Part shown: positions 36,149 through 44,945 of the stretch, piece by piece
Position numbering within the stretch: the first letter of the stretch is position 1
Layout of the letters: each line of letters opens with the position of its first letter
Virus record (IMG/VR): IMGVR_UViG_3300036791_001299
Coordinates: 1-53,914 of that record
Origin: a virus
Taxonomy: Duplodnaviria; Caudoviricetes
Direction: 5' to 3' (one strand)
Length of the DNA: 53,914 bases
The notes under the pieces: model-generated
Database searches by the model: none
Told to the model about the DNA's origin: nothing
What the model saw: the letters and a program-made list of their open reading frames with translations, nothing else
Position numbers and translations under genes: made by a program

Positions 36149-38206
36149 TTACCGGCGGCGGAATCCGCCCCGCTGCGCGCCCAGACCCGGGTAGGCTGGC
36201 TGCGCAGTCACCGGTGCCGTCCAGGCGGCTTGAGTGGGCTGTGGCACCGGTGCCGGACGTGGCGGCGCTGCGCCTTCGATGGCAATAGCCGCCTCGAAAT
36301 GACGCCAGTGGTCTTCCCCAAACCGGTCCGCGCCCACAATCGAATAGGCCGCCCGGTTGTACACCGCGAGATCGATGGGCTCATTGCGCGGCGCGCGCTT
36401 CTCGTAGACGACGTCGCCGTTGGGCTTGACGATCTTCACCTCGGAGCATAAGCCTTCGAAGTACGTCATGTCATACATCGGCCAGTGATAACAACCGGTC
36501 ACCGGCGTATCGTCCACCGTAGGCACCGCGTGCCGCATCAAATCAAACAATTCAGCCTTGCAGCAGTTCACCCCGACACCCACAATGCGCGTCCCCTGCC
36601 GCTTGCGCGCCGCATCTTCCTTCGAAATGCTGGCAATGACCCGCAGCTGGTCCGGCGTACCCTTGATAGGCACCACCGTGCGCGCCGCGATCAACTTAAT
36701 ACCTTGCGGTCCGTAATGCAGCTGATGCCCCCGCCGCGTAAACTCGTATACCGGCTTCGGGTTTTTGCCGGTGTCGATGGTCATGCAAAGGATCGGCAGA
36801 CTCTTACCCGAGTTGTGCGCCCACTCGCGTCCCAATAACTCATACAGCTGGTCCCACAATTCCCGCGCGCTCACCGGCAACTCCTGGCCATTCTCGCTGA
36901 ACGCTTGCAGCACCCAGTAGCCCATCGACCAGTTTTCGCGGTTTCTACCCCAGGCCTTCACTTCAACCTCGAGACGCGCCGGATGCTCCTGGACGTCAAC
37001 CGCCGCCGTCAGGAACAGACCCCGCTGCGGCACCACCGCAGTATCCCCGAACGGATAAGCCTCCCGCCGCGCAAACAACAGATCCTTCTCCGGCGCTTCG
37101 CCTTCTTCCACCCATTCCTCGGCGAGCACCGTATTGATAAACGTTTTGAGACTCTGCCGGTCGTCTTTGGCATTCAGAAACTGCTGCGAAATGGACGCCG
37201 CCGACTTCCAGCTCGGTGGCACATACAAGTGGTTCAGCCAGAATCCAGCCGTGCGATTGCCCGCCTGCGGACGATCCGCGCGCCACTCGACATAGTGATC
37301 CACCGCATCCCAGCGCTCCCGCTCCGTCCACGGCTTATCGCAACTGATGCAGTAATAGCGCGCCGTCGCCGCCTGCAGCTCCCGCGCCACGGCGGTAGAC
37401 CACTTGACGTGATACCCGTCCCGGTCGCGGAATCGCAACACCTGCATGGTGCCGCAATGCGGACACGGCACGTAGGGGCGCCGCTGGTCGGACAACGCAA
37501 ATGCCCTGCCGATCCGGCTGCGCCCGGCCACCGTCGGACTGCACGCCAGGATACGCTTGCGGCGCGTCCCGAAGGTCATGGCGCGTTCCCACGCAAGGTC
37601 GATAGGATCACCTTCTCCCTGACGCTCCTGGCTGCCGCCGACATCCTGGTCGTACTTGTCGATCTCATCGCACACCAGATACCGGATGGTGTGCTGCGCC
37701 AGATCCACCGGCGTGCGCGCACTGATGATCAGCAGGTTGCCGCCCGGGAAGGTCTTGCTCTGGATGGTATTCGAGCCATCGTGGATGCCGTCCAGCACCT
37801 TATTGCGCAGGATCTGGCAATCCCGCACCATGGGCATCAACCGGCGCTTCGAGAAATCGCGCGCGGCGTCTTTTTTGGGCTCGACCAATAAGATGGGCCC
37901 CGGCTCCTCGGCGATCCAATACGCAATCGCCAGCATGATCGCGAGACTCTTGATCACCTGGGTGGACGACATGATCACCACGGTCTCGATGGTGTCGTCC
38001 GTTATGGCGTCGAGAATGCCCCGCTGCCAGCCGTACAACCGCAAGGGACCGGTCGACGAGCTGTACTCCGGCGACAGCACCACGTTGGCTTCCGACCATT
38101 GCGAAAGCGGCACCCGGGGACGCACCCGGAAGATCTCAGAGTGCAAGCTCTGAAATACCGGCGGCGGCCAGTCCCAGCCTGGAACTAAGAAAGATGGCGT
38201 TTCCAT
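36149..38206 (-). CDS. terL: Terminase large subunit (lambda gpA family)
   Basis: variant Walker A SSTQVIKS, LVCDEIDKY, CSPT, CPHCG, AAVDVQ, IDTG, RNEPIDL. Confidence 0.95.
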   Translation of the reverse strand: METPSFLVPGWDWPPPVFQSLHSEIFRVRPRVPLSQWSEANVVLSPEYSSSTGPLRLYGWQRGILDAITDDTIETVVIMSSTQVIKSLAIMLAIAYWIAEEPGPILLVEPKKDAARDFSKRRLMPMVRDCQILRNKVLDGIHDGSNTIQSKTFPGGNLLIISARTPVDLAQHTIRYLVCDEIDKYDQDVGGSQERQGEGDPIDLAWERAMTFGTRRKRILACSPTVAGRSRIGRAFALSDQRRPYVPCPHCGTMQVLRFRDRDGYHVKWSTAVARELQAATARYYCISCDKPWTERERWDAVDHYVEWRADRPQAGNRTAGFWLNHLYVPPSWKSAASISQQFLNAKDDRQSLKTFINTVLAEEWVEEGEAPEKDLLFARREAYPFGDTAVVPQRGLFLTAAVDVQEHPARLEVEVKAWGRNRENWSMGYWVLQAFSENGQELPVSARELWDQLYELLGREWAHNSGKSLPILCMTIDTGKNPKPVYEFTRRGHQLHYGPQGIKLIAARTVVPIKGTPDQLRVIASISKEDAARKRQGTRIVGVGVNCCKAELFDLMRHAVPTVDDTPVTGCYHWPMYDMTYFEGLCSEVKIVKPNGDVVYEKRAPRNEPIDLAVYNRAAYSIVGADRFGEDHWRHFEAAIAIEGAAPPRPAPVPQPTQAAWTAPVTAQPAYPGLGAQRGGFRRR

Positions 38207-38351
38207 TTACCACGCGCCTTATTGGCTCTGCCAAACTTCGGATCCAATGCCCGCCGCATGTCAATCGCCTCGCGCAGCCGACGCCAATACTCACACCACG
38301 CCCGAAACGCTGAGGCCGACATCTCTGGCATCTGTAAACCCATATTTTAAA

Positions 38352-38618
38352 GTCTCACCTATCAAGCCGGTGAACAGGCATTGCGTAGCTTTTCTCCATA
38401 ATAATTTCTCCGTAGGTCTCACCAACCAAGCCGGTGAACAGGCATTGCGACTTTAGTGCATGATAGTCTCAGTTACCAGGCCACCAAGCAGGCATTGCGT
38501 CTCCCTCATCCTCGTCCCGGCTACCAAAGCCGCCGAGCAGGCATTGCTTGGTTCCGGCCCCATCTCGACTAGAGCCTTCTGCGTTTCAGCTACCAAGCCG
38601 CTGAACAGGCATTGTGGA
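38352..38618 (-). CRISPR. Distal array segment: 5 variant repeats
   Basis: Repeats at 38352, 38416, 38466, 38514, 38583; spacers about 28, 14, 12, 32 nt. Confidence 0.8.
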
Positions 38619-39263
38619 CTCCTCGGCAATCGCGCGCTGCGCCAATACTAACAGGTCCACGCTGTCAGGCAGCGCCGCGGCCCGTACTGCCACATATGCT
38701 GCCTCCGCCACCCTCCTCATTACCGTAATCTCTATTTGCTGGCACGCCGCGCAGGCCGCACACGTGGCGCACCACGCTGCTTTGGCCGCTCCCCTTGCCT
38801 CCTTCGAGCGATGCTGAACTGCCCGGACTGATGCCGCCATCCCGGCTGCGACTGCCTTTTCGTGAGAACGATCCGTACCGTTTAGCCACCCATACGCCCA
38901 GCCCACAAAGGACGGATCGCGGTCCACCGCCATCGCGCACATAACCGCAAACCGCACCCTCGCGCTTGCCGCAACCTCCGGCATCTCGATGCGCCGGATG
39001 GTGGTCAGCGACCTACACCCACACTTGAGTTGTCCGTCACGCAGTCCTATTTCGCCCTCAGCCTCCCAGAGCAGTATGTTTCGGGGATCAACGTATATTG
39101 CCGGGATCAATAAAGCCGCCAGGAGCGGATGCTCGTGAGCATGTATCCACCCGTCCGTAAAAAGCTCCTTGCCGGTGCCGGTCGCGGCGTGGGTGACATT
39201 CTCCCCCCACTCGATCCCGTCTCCCGACTGGTCATTGGCGTCAGCCACTTTATAGAGGGTCAT
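38586..39263 (-). CDS. Phage hypothetical protein embedded in the CRISPR array
   Basis: 225 aa, AAGG RBS, flanked by repeats on both sides; stop codon lies inside a repeat. Confidence 0.75.
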   Translation of the reverse strand: MTLYKVADANDQSGDGIEWGENVTHAATGTGKELFTDGWIHAHEHPLLAALLIPAIYVDPRNILLWEAEGEIGLRDGQLKCGCRSLTTIRRIEMPEVAASARVRFAVMCAMAVDRDPSFVGWAYGWLNGTDRSHEKAVAAGMAASVRAVQHRSKEARGAAKAAWCATCAACAACQQIEITVMRRVAEAAYVAVRAAALPDSVDLLVLAQRAIAEESTMPVQRLGS

Positions 39264-39325
39264 TTGGTTTTTACCTTACCTTTCCGGGTAGACTAATGCG
39301 CACGGGCTTACTGTGCTCGGCGCTG

Positions 39326-39362
39326 GTCGGCAATGCCTGTTCAGTGGCTTGGTTACTGAGGC
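39326..39362 (+). repeat. Inverted CRISPR repeat copy
   Basis: GTCGGCAATGCCTGTTCAGTGGCTTGGTTACTGAGGC, opposite orientation to the array. Confidence 0.85.
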
Positions 39363-39380
39363 CGTCAACACACATCGCGC

Positions 39381-41379
39381 GTCCCGGCTACCAAGCCGCC
39401 GGGCAGGCACCTCGGATTACTTCACGGATGTCTCAGCTACTAGGCCGCCGAGCAGGCGTTGCGACAGACCATAAGATCTTCGCGTCACACCAACTAAGCC
39501 GGTGAACAGGCATTGCAACGCGGAATGCGACGTGCGTTGGCGTCCACCCGAAGAGTCGCGTCTCAGCTACCAAGCCGCTGAGCAGGCACCGCGACTATCG
39601 CTAAAGGCTAATGTCCCAGCTACCAAGCCGCTGAACAGGCGTTGCAACGCAGCTTGCTGACCCAGATCAAGACCTCCAGATCCATCCCGTCTCAGTAACT
39701 AAGCCACCGAGCAGGCGTTGCGACCCCATGTCTCTATCAACGGACGTCACGACAAACAAGTCTCAGCTACCAAGCCGCTGAACAGGCGTTGCGACGCACG
39801 GCGGCGGCGATCCGCACCAGGAAGTCCACGTCTCAGCTACCAAGCCACCGAGCAGGCGTTGCGACACCACGAAAGGATCGGGAGCAATGACGTCTCAGTA
39901 ACCAAGCCACTGAGCAGGCGTTGCGACGGAGGGTGGCGTGATCGCTCATGAAACCAGTATGCGCTGTCTCAGCTACCAAGCCACTGAGCAGGCGTTGCGA
40001 CGCTGCATCCTTCGGTTGTTCCCATCGCACCTGCCACGTCTCAGCTACCAAGCCACTGAGCAGGCGTTGCGACGATTTAAACCCTGGTATATGCTCATGC
40101 ATAATAGTCGGGTCTCAGCTACCAAGCCACTGAGCAGGCGTTGCGACTGCCAGCCATTTTTCGAGCGCCGCCGTTGGGACGCGTCTCAGCTACCAAGCCA
40201 CTGAGCAGGCGTTGCGACGATTTAAACCCTGGTATATGCTCATGCATAATAGTCGGGTCTCAGCTACCAAGCCACTGAGCAGGCGTTGCGACGCTGTTAA
40301 AGTAGCGCGGTGCCGTTTGTGCGGTTAGTTGTCTCAGTAACCAAGCCACTGAGCAGGCGTTGCGACCACGTCGACAGATCTCTTTCACGGCGATGACGTC
40401 CTGTCTCAGCTACCAAGCCACTGAGCAGGCGTTGCGACGGGGTCGAGTATGACGCCGATATTCAGCCTCGAGCCGTTGTCTCAGCTACCAAGCCACTGAG
40501 CAGGCGTTGCGACGTTCGAAAACTGGCCGGAGATCGCCACCACTGACCCTGTCTCAGCTACCAAGCCACTGAGCAGGCGTTGCGACAGGAGCCGCCCTTG
40601 CAGGCGGATGATCTGGCGCTTGTCTCAGCTACCAAGCCACTGAGCAGGCGTTGCGACACTGCGATCCGGTGCGACCGGCGGGTATCAGCAGTAGTCTCAG
40701 CTACCAAGCCACTGAGCAGGCGTTGCGACGTTGTATTTCGGACAATACTATCCGTTGGAATTTGTTGTCTCAGCTACCAAGCCACTGAGCAGGCGTTGCG
40801 ACATCCGTGGTCCGCGTACTGCGGGTGCCGACATCGTCGTCTCAGCTACCAAGCCACTGAGCAGGCGTTGCGACGTCCAGGTCAAAATCATCAAGCACGG
40901 ACGGTTTAGCGTCTCAGCTACCAAGCCACTGAGCAGGCGTTGCGACCTAAACCCCGGAAAAAGTTCGAAGCACCCTACCCTGTCTCAGCTACCAAGCCAC
41001 TGAGCAGGCGTTGCGACGCGGTGACATCGCCGAGCGCCGCGCCCCAGATGTAGAGTCTCAGCTACCAAGCCACTGAGCAGGCGTTGCGACACGGAAACTG
41101 GTCGGGCTGGAGGAAATCGAGCAGTAGGGGTCTCAGCTACCAAGCCACTGAGCAGGCGTTGCGACCGCGGTCCGGCCTCCGGTCTCCTCTTTCTCGGAGC
41201 GTCTCAGCTACCAAGCCACTGAGCAGGCGTTGCGACAACCCGGACCTGCTCGCTCGATACCGGAACCGTCTTGTCTCAGCTACCAAGCCACTGAGCAGGC
41301 GTTGCGACCATTCGGCAGGGGTAGATACCCCCCAACTACCTACGTCTCAGCTACCAAGCCACTGAGCAGGCGTTGCGAC
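39381..41379 (-). CRISPR. CRISPR array, 29 repeats of 36 nt (21 near-identical, 8 variant)
   Basis: Minus-strand repeat GTCGCAACGCCTGCTCAGTGGCTTGGTAGCTGAGAC; mostly 34-40 nt spacers; divergence increases away from the cas gene. Confidence 0.98.
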
Positions 41380-41382
41380 AGC

Positions 41383-43191
41383 CTAGTCGCCAGCTGCCAT
41401 GTTTTCATCAGGTTCCAGACCGGTTTGCGAGCGGTCTGGTTTTGCGCCCTCTTCCACCTCCGTAACTCGTTGTTTCTTATCAGATGCCACCTCTGGCATC
41501 GCCCCACCGCTCGCACGCATCTGCCCCCACGCCTTCAACAGATTCTTCGCCGCATTCAAATCCTGGTCCCACAACATCCCGCACCCACCGCACCGGTGCA
41601 TGATACTCGCCGCTTGATCCCACTCATGCGCATACCCGCACGCATGGCACTCCCGCGTCGTATACGGCGCAGGCAGCTCAACCACCGCCACCCCTTCCCG
41701 GCTGCACGCACTCTTAATCGCCAGCCGCAACGTCCCCGTACTGGCCATAAACCGGTACGTCCCCGACCCCGTGACAACCGCCGCCGACTCCGGCTGAGGA
41801 TGCTCCACCACCGAGCGCAAATCAAATTCCTCCACCACCACCACGTCATAATCCCGCGCCAGCCCTGCCGCGAAATCCCGATACCGCGCCAGCCTCCGGC
41901 CCGTCATCTGATGCTGCAGATTCCGCCACCAGTCCGTCAAATGCAGAAACTGCTTGCGCCACCGGACCGCCTCCGCAAACATTCCCTCATCACCCGGCAG
42001 CCGGTTATCCGCCCACCAGCGGATCAACGCCGCCACACGTTCCCCGGACCGCCACTGATACAGATACGCCGACCGCGTCCGCCACTCCTCCGCCAACTCC
42101 CGCTGGCCCAGCCACTCCACTAGCTCCGGGTGAAACTGCTCCCGGCTCTTATCGCAGATCGACCGCAGATCCGCGACCTTCTGGAACTGCGCGATATCGG
42201 AGCCCTCAATCCGCAATTCACCATGGCCGCCCAGCGAGTCAGCCCAGTATCCCACCCGCACCGCGCCCTCCGGCTTCAATCGCCAGCCCAGATCGAGCGC
42301 CAATACCCGGCTGCCGGTCTTCTCACTAGGCCGCGGCAAGCTGATGCTCACATTCAGCTGCCAGTGCGTCTTCCCCGCCAGGATGCGGCGGCTGGCGCTT
42401 ACACTCTTGATACGCGCCTCCGGAGGCAGATCCCGATGGTAAACAATCGGAATCTCAACCCACACCGGCGACCGATCCGCATTGCTGCCGATCCGCACGC
42501 GCGCATACCGCCACTTCCGGCCCGGCGTCGGTGGATCCACCTGGAACAGCGTGTTGGTGCCGCCTACGCAGTCGCTGACGCACGCGCCACCCTGCACCTG
42601 CGCGGTAACCGTCCCTTCGCCGCGGAAGCCGTGATAACGCAGCTCGCTATCCCCCTTGCCCTTGCGCGCCAGCTGACGCGCCGTCTCCGCCCGCTGAATG
42701 ATGTCGTTATAGGAGCCCCAATAGAGCCCCAGACCCGCCGCCGCTTGCCGCGCCTTAATCGTGCGCCGGTACGCCCGCTCCGTATTGGCATCCAGCTGCT
42801 GCCGCTTGGCCTCATGCCGCGATTCCTTGGTCGCCTTCCGCTCCGCGATCAACGGCTTTCGCTCCGCCTCCGCCGCCGCAATGCGCTCCGGCAGATCACC
42901 AAGATCCGCGCCCTTGCGTTTACGCGCGGACTGGCGAGCCTTCTTGATCAACTCCCGGCACAAACTGATCTCCGCCGACAGCTCATCGATCCGCGTTTGC
43001 TGGTCATCCCGCATGATCCGCCGGTACGCCGTATCGCGCGTACGCTCGATGGTGACCAGGACATTCCATAGCCGGTTGCCCAGCCGCATCTGTCCTCGAG
43101 CCGAATCTTCATTGATCACCGGTGCGATCCGCGCCGGTACCGTGCCATAGGAGTACACCCGGCTGGCTGTATCGTCTGTTTTACGCTGCAT
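41383..43191 (-). CDS. cas12m: Type V CRISPR effector, Cas12m-like (V-M/V-U1, TnpB-derived), ~602 aa
   Basis: LYWGSYN, LRYHGFRGEGTVTAQVQ, PIVYHRDLP, RuvC-I ALDLGWR, RuvC-II VVVEE, TTRECHACG...CGGCG zinc finger, RuvC-III DQDLNAAKNL; abuts the array. Confidence 0.85.
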   Translation of the reverse strand: MQRKTDDTASRVYSYGTVPARIAPVINEDSARGQMRLGNRLWNVLVTIERTRDTAYRRIMRDDQQTRIDELSAEISLCRELIKKARQSARKRKGADLGDLPERIAAAEAERKPLIAERKATKESRHEAKRQQLDANTERAYRRTIKARQAAAGLGLYWGSYNDIIQRAETARQLARKGKGDSELRYHGFRGEGTVTAQVQGGACVSDCVGGTNTLFQVDPPTPGRKWRYARVRIGSNADRSPVWVEIPIVYHRDLPPEARIKSVSASRRILAGKTHWQLNVSISLPRPSEKTGSRVLALDLGWRLKPEGAVRVGYWADSLGGHGELRIEGSDIAQFQKVADLRSICDKSREQFHPELVEWLGQRELAEEWRTRSAYLYQWRSGERVAALIRWWADNRLPGDEGMFAEAVRWRKQFLHLTDWWRNLQHQMTGRRLARYRDFAAGLARDYDVVVVEEFDLRSVVEHPQPESAAVVTGSGTYRFMASTGTLRLAIKSACSREGVAVVELPAPYTTRECHACGYAHEWDQAASIMHRCGGCGMLWDQDLNAAKNLLKAWGQMRASGGAMPEVASDKKQRVTEVEEGAKPDRSQTGLEPDENMAAGD

Positions 43192-43198
43192 GCTTAAA

Positions 43199-43228
43199 AT
43201 TGTATTTAAAGGTGGGCCAAATTGCGAA
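43199..43228 (-). promoter_or_regulatory. Candidate leaderless promoter for cas12m (TTCGCA-N18-TACAAT-N7-ATG)
   Basis: No SD before ATG 43191; -10 box 7 nt upstream. Confidence 0.5.
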
Positions 43229-43250
43229 AACAACGGCGGGTGGTTTTGTT

Positions 43251-43709
43251 TTATCGTCGCGGCTCGAAAACGATAACCTGGACGGACTCCATCGAGCCAA
43301 GCGCCTGCTCTATTTCCGGACGCACATCACCCCAGCTCAGCCCGCCATTGCCGCATCCCAGCGCAGGTATTGCTAGGGACCGAATATTTTCCTCTTCAAT
43401 CACACGGCGAAGATCCCGCAGTCCGTCGACAATCCATTTCAGCTGGGAGGGATGCCGCCAGTGCTCCTTCGTGGGAAAGTTGATCACCCACTGCGGACCG
43501 TGAAGGTCGTTGGTCTTCGTAACAAACATGCGCCCGATTCTGACTTCATTGCGGTTGCACGCTAATACGTAGGCGCGATAATTCTTCGGATAAGCATATC
43601 TGAATTTGAACGCAATCCCCGCGCCCATCGTGCCGACCGTGTTCACGGTATTGACCAGCGCTTCCACTGGCTCTCTCAAGAGATCCCCGTCTACCCGAAA
43701 TGTGATCAT
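43251..43709 (-). CDS. DarG-like macrodomain (ADP-ribosyl hydrolase)
   Basis: GDLL...ALVNTVNTVGTMGAGIA..F, INFPTKEHWR, SLAIPALGCGNGGLSW. Confidence 0.88.
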   Translation of the reverse strand: MITFRVDGDLLREPVEALVNTVNTVGTMGAGIAFKFRYAYPKNYRAYVLACNRNEVRIGRMFVTKTNDLHGPQWVINFPTKEHWRHPSQLKWIVDGLRDLRRVIEEENIRSLAIPALGCGNGGLSWGDVRPEIEQALGSMESVQVIVFEPRR

Positions 43710-44248
43710 GCCACCTTCTGTGCGTCGAGATCGGCGTTGAGTATCCGGTTAATGTTTTCCCACTTCGCCAGTACCCGCAGCATGGCGGCCTCCAGGACAG
43801 CGCGGATCTTCAGCGGCTCGGTCTCGGACGCCAGCGAGTCAGCCAGCTCGGAAGGCAGCCTCAGCAATTCATCGCGCCCATCGACCAGGAACTTTGCCGC
43901 CCACCGCGACACATAGCCGACCGGCAACAATTCCCCGCGCCGCACCATATTCTCAATCTCTTGCTTCTCGGCGAGCGCCCTCGCCCGGCGCAGCTTCGCG
44001 GACTCCAGCGCATCGGTACGCTCCGCCGCCGCGATCACCATCTCGTATTCCGAGCGCGGAGTCTCTTTCTCCGCCACCGCCTTCTCCGGAATAGGTGGCA
44101 CCGGCGTTGTACCATGCCGCTGCGCCGCAAACGCACGTATCTGCTCGACCGTCTTGCCCGCCCGCATCATATTCGATACCGTCTTGGGCGGCAGATTCAC
44201 ATCGCGCGCGAGCGAATTAACGCCTACATAGGTGACCCGTTGCATCAT
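43706..44248 (-). CDS. terS: Terminase small subunit (Nu1-like)
   Basis: N-terminal HTH; AKLRRARALAEKQEIENMVRRGELLP coiled coil typical of Nu1. Confidence 0.75.
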   Translation of the reverse strand: MMQRVTYVGVNSLARDVNLPPKTVSNMMRAGKTVEQIRAFAAQRHGTTPVPPIPEKAVAEKETPRSEYEMVIAAAERTDALESAKLRRARALAEKQEIENMVRRGELLPVGYVSRWAAKFLVDGRDELLRLPSELADSLASETEPLKIRAVLEAAMLRVLAKWENINRILNADLDAQKVA

Positions 44249-44251
44249 AGG

Positions 44252-44593
44252 TCAATCGTATTCGATCCAATTGATCAACGTCGGCGTCCCCGCTTGCACC
44301 CGGCACTGATAGTAATGACCGGCCAGCACCACGCAGACCAACTGTTGGATCGACGATTGCGGTTGATTACCCGCGATTCGCGCCACTTCTGTTCCCGGCG
44401 GGTTAGCCCCATCACTGAAGAAACTCAGCGTCGAGGCCTTACCCCCTAGATCCCAGCAAGAAAAAACCAGTATCGTTTTGCCGGTGGTGTTTTGGTAAAC
44501 GACATCTGCAGTGCGCTCCGCGGTCACAATGGTCTGCCGCTGTAACACGGTTGGAATACCGTGACGATAGAAAGTACCAGTGCTGTTGGGCAT
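44252..44593 (-). CDS. Hypothetical protein
   Basis: 113-aa ORF upstream of terS. Confidence 0.55.
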   Translation of the reverse strand: MPNSTGTFYRHGIPTVLQRQTIVTAERTADVVYQNTTGKTILVFSCWDLGGKASTLSFFSDGANPPGTEVARIAGNQPQSSIQQLVCVVLAGHYYQCRVQAGTPTLINWIEYD

Positions 44594-44626
44594 ATCTCAT
44601 TAAACTACCCCCAAATGTAGCTAACA

Positions 44627-44665
44627 AAGTTATCTATCAAAGTTATCTATTTAAGTTATGTATTT
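44627..44665. repeat. 3 x 13-bp AT-rich direct repeats
   Basis: AAGTTATCTATCA / AAGTTATCTATTT / AAGTTATGTATTT. Confidence 0.75.
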
Positions 44666-44817
44666 AAGCCAACTTGTGTGTTTTCATATACATAGAGCAT
44701 TATGAAGGCGTTTTACATCCGCCATTCATTCGCGCAGGCCGCACTGCGCCCACCCGCGCGCGGCGACCACCCCATGACCTAGGACCCATTTGCTGCCGTA
44801 GCGAGCCCGTAGCGGCC

Positions 44818-44945
44818 TTTGTTTTCAATGACTTACAGTGGATCTTTGCTGTCAACGGCTTACAGCTCGGCTCTTTGTTTTCAATAGTTTGCAGACTATG
44901 TTTGTTTTCAATTGTTTGCGAGCAAGTCCTTTGTTTTCAGCAGAG
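44818..44945 (+). promoter_or_regulatory. Five phased IHF-like motifs (TTTGTTTTCAAnnnnTT)
   Basis: Copies at 44818, 44845, 44874, 44901, 44930 (27/29-bp spacing). Confidence 0.55.

Noticed and set aside
7179-37891. Long + strand ORFs antisense to structural genes (e.g. 12392-13780, 8478-9590, 36905-37891)
   Set aside because: Shadow ORFs expected from GC-rich codon bias
39296-41365. Multiple + and - strand ORFs over the array (VSATKPLSRRCD repeats)
   Set aside because: Translations of CRISPR repeats, not genes
39381-41379. Self-targeting spacers within the window
   Set aside because: Only 9-10 nt chance matches were found by eye (e.g. GCCCCAGATG near 14471); a proper alignment is needed to exclude weaker matches
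41383-43233. IS200/IS605 TnpB transposon interpretation; TTG start at 43233
   Set aside because: No tnpA, the protein is longer than TnpB with Cas12m-like motifs, and it abuts an array; ATG 43191 fits better
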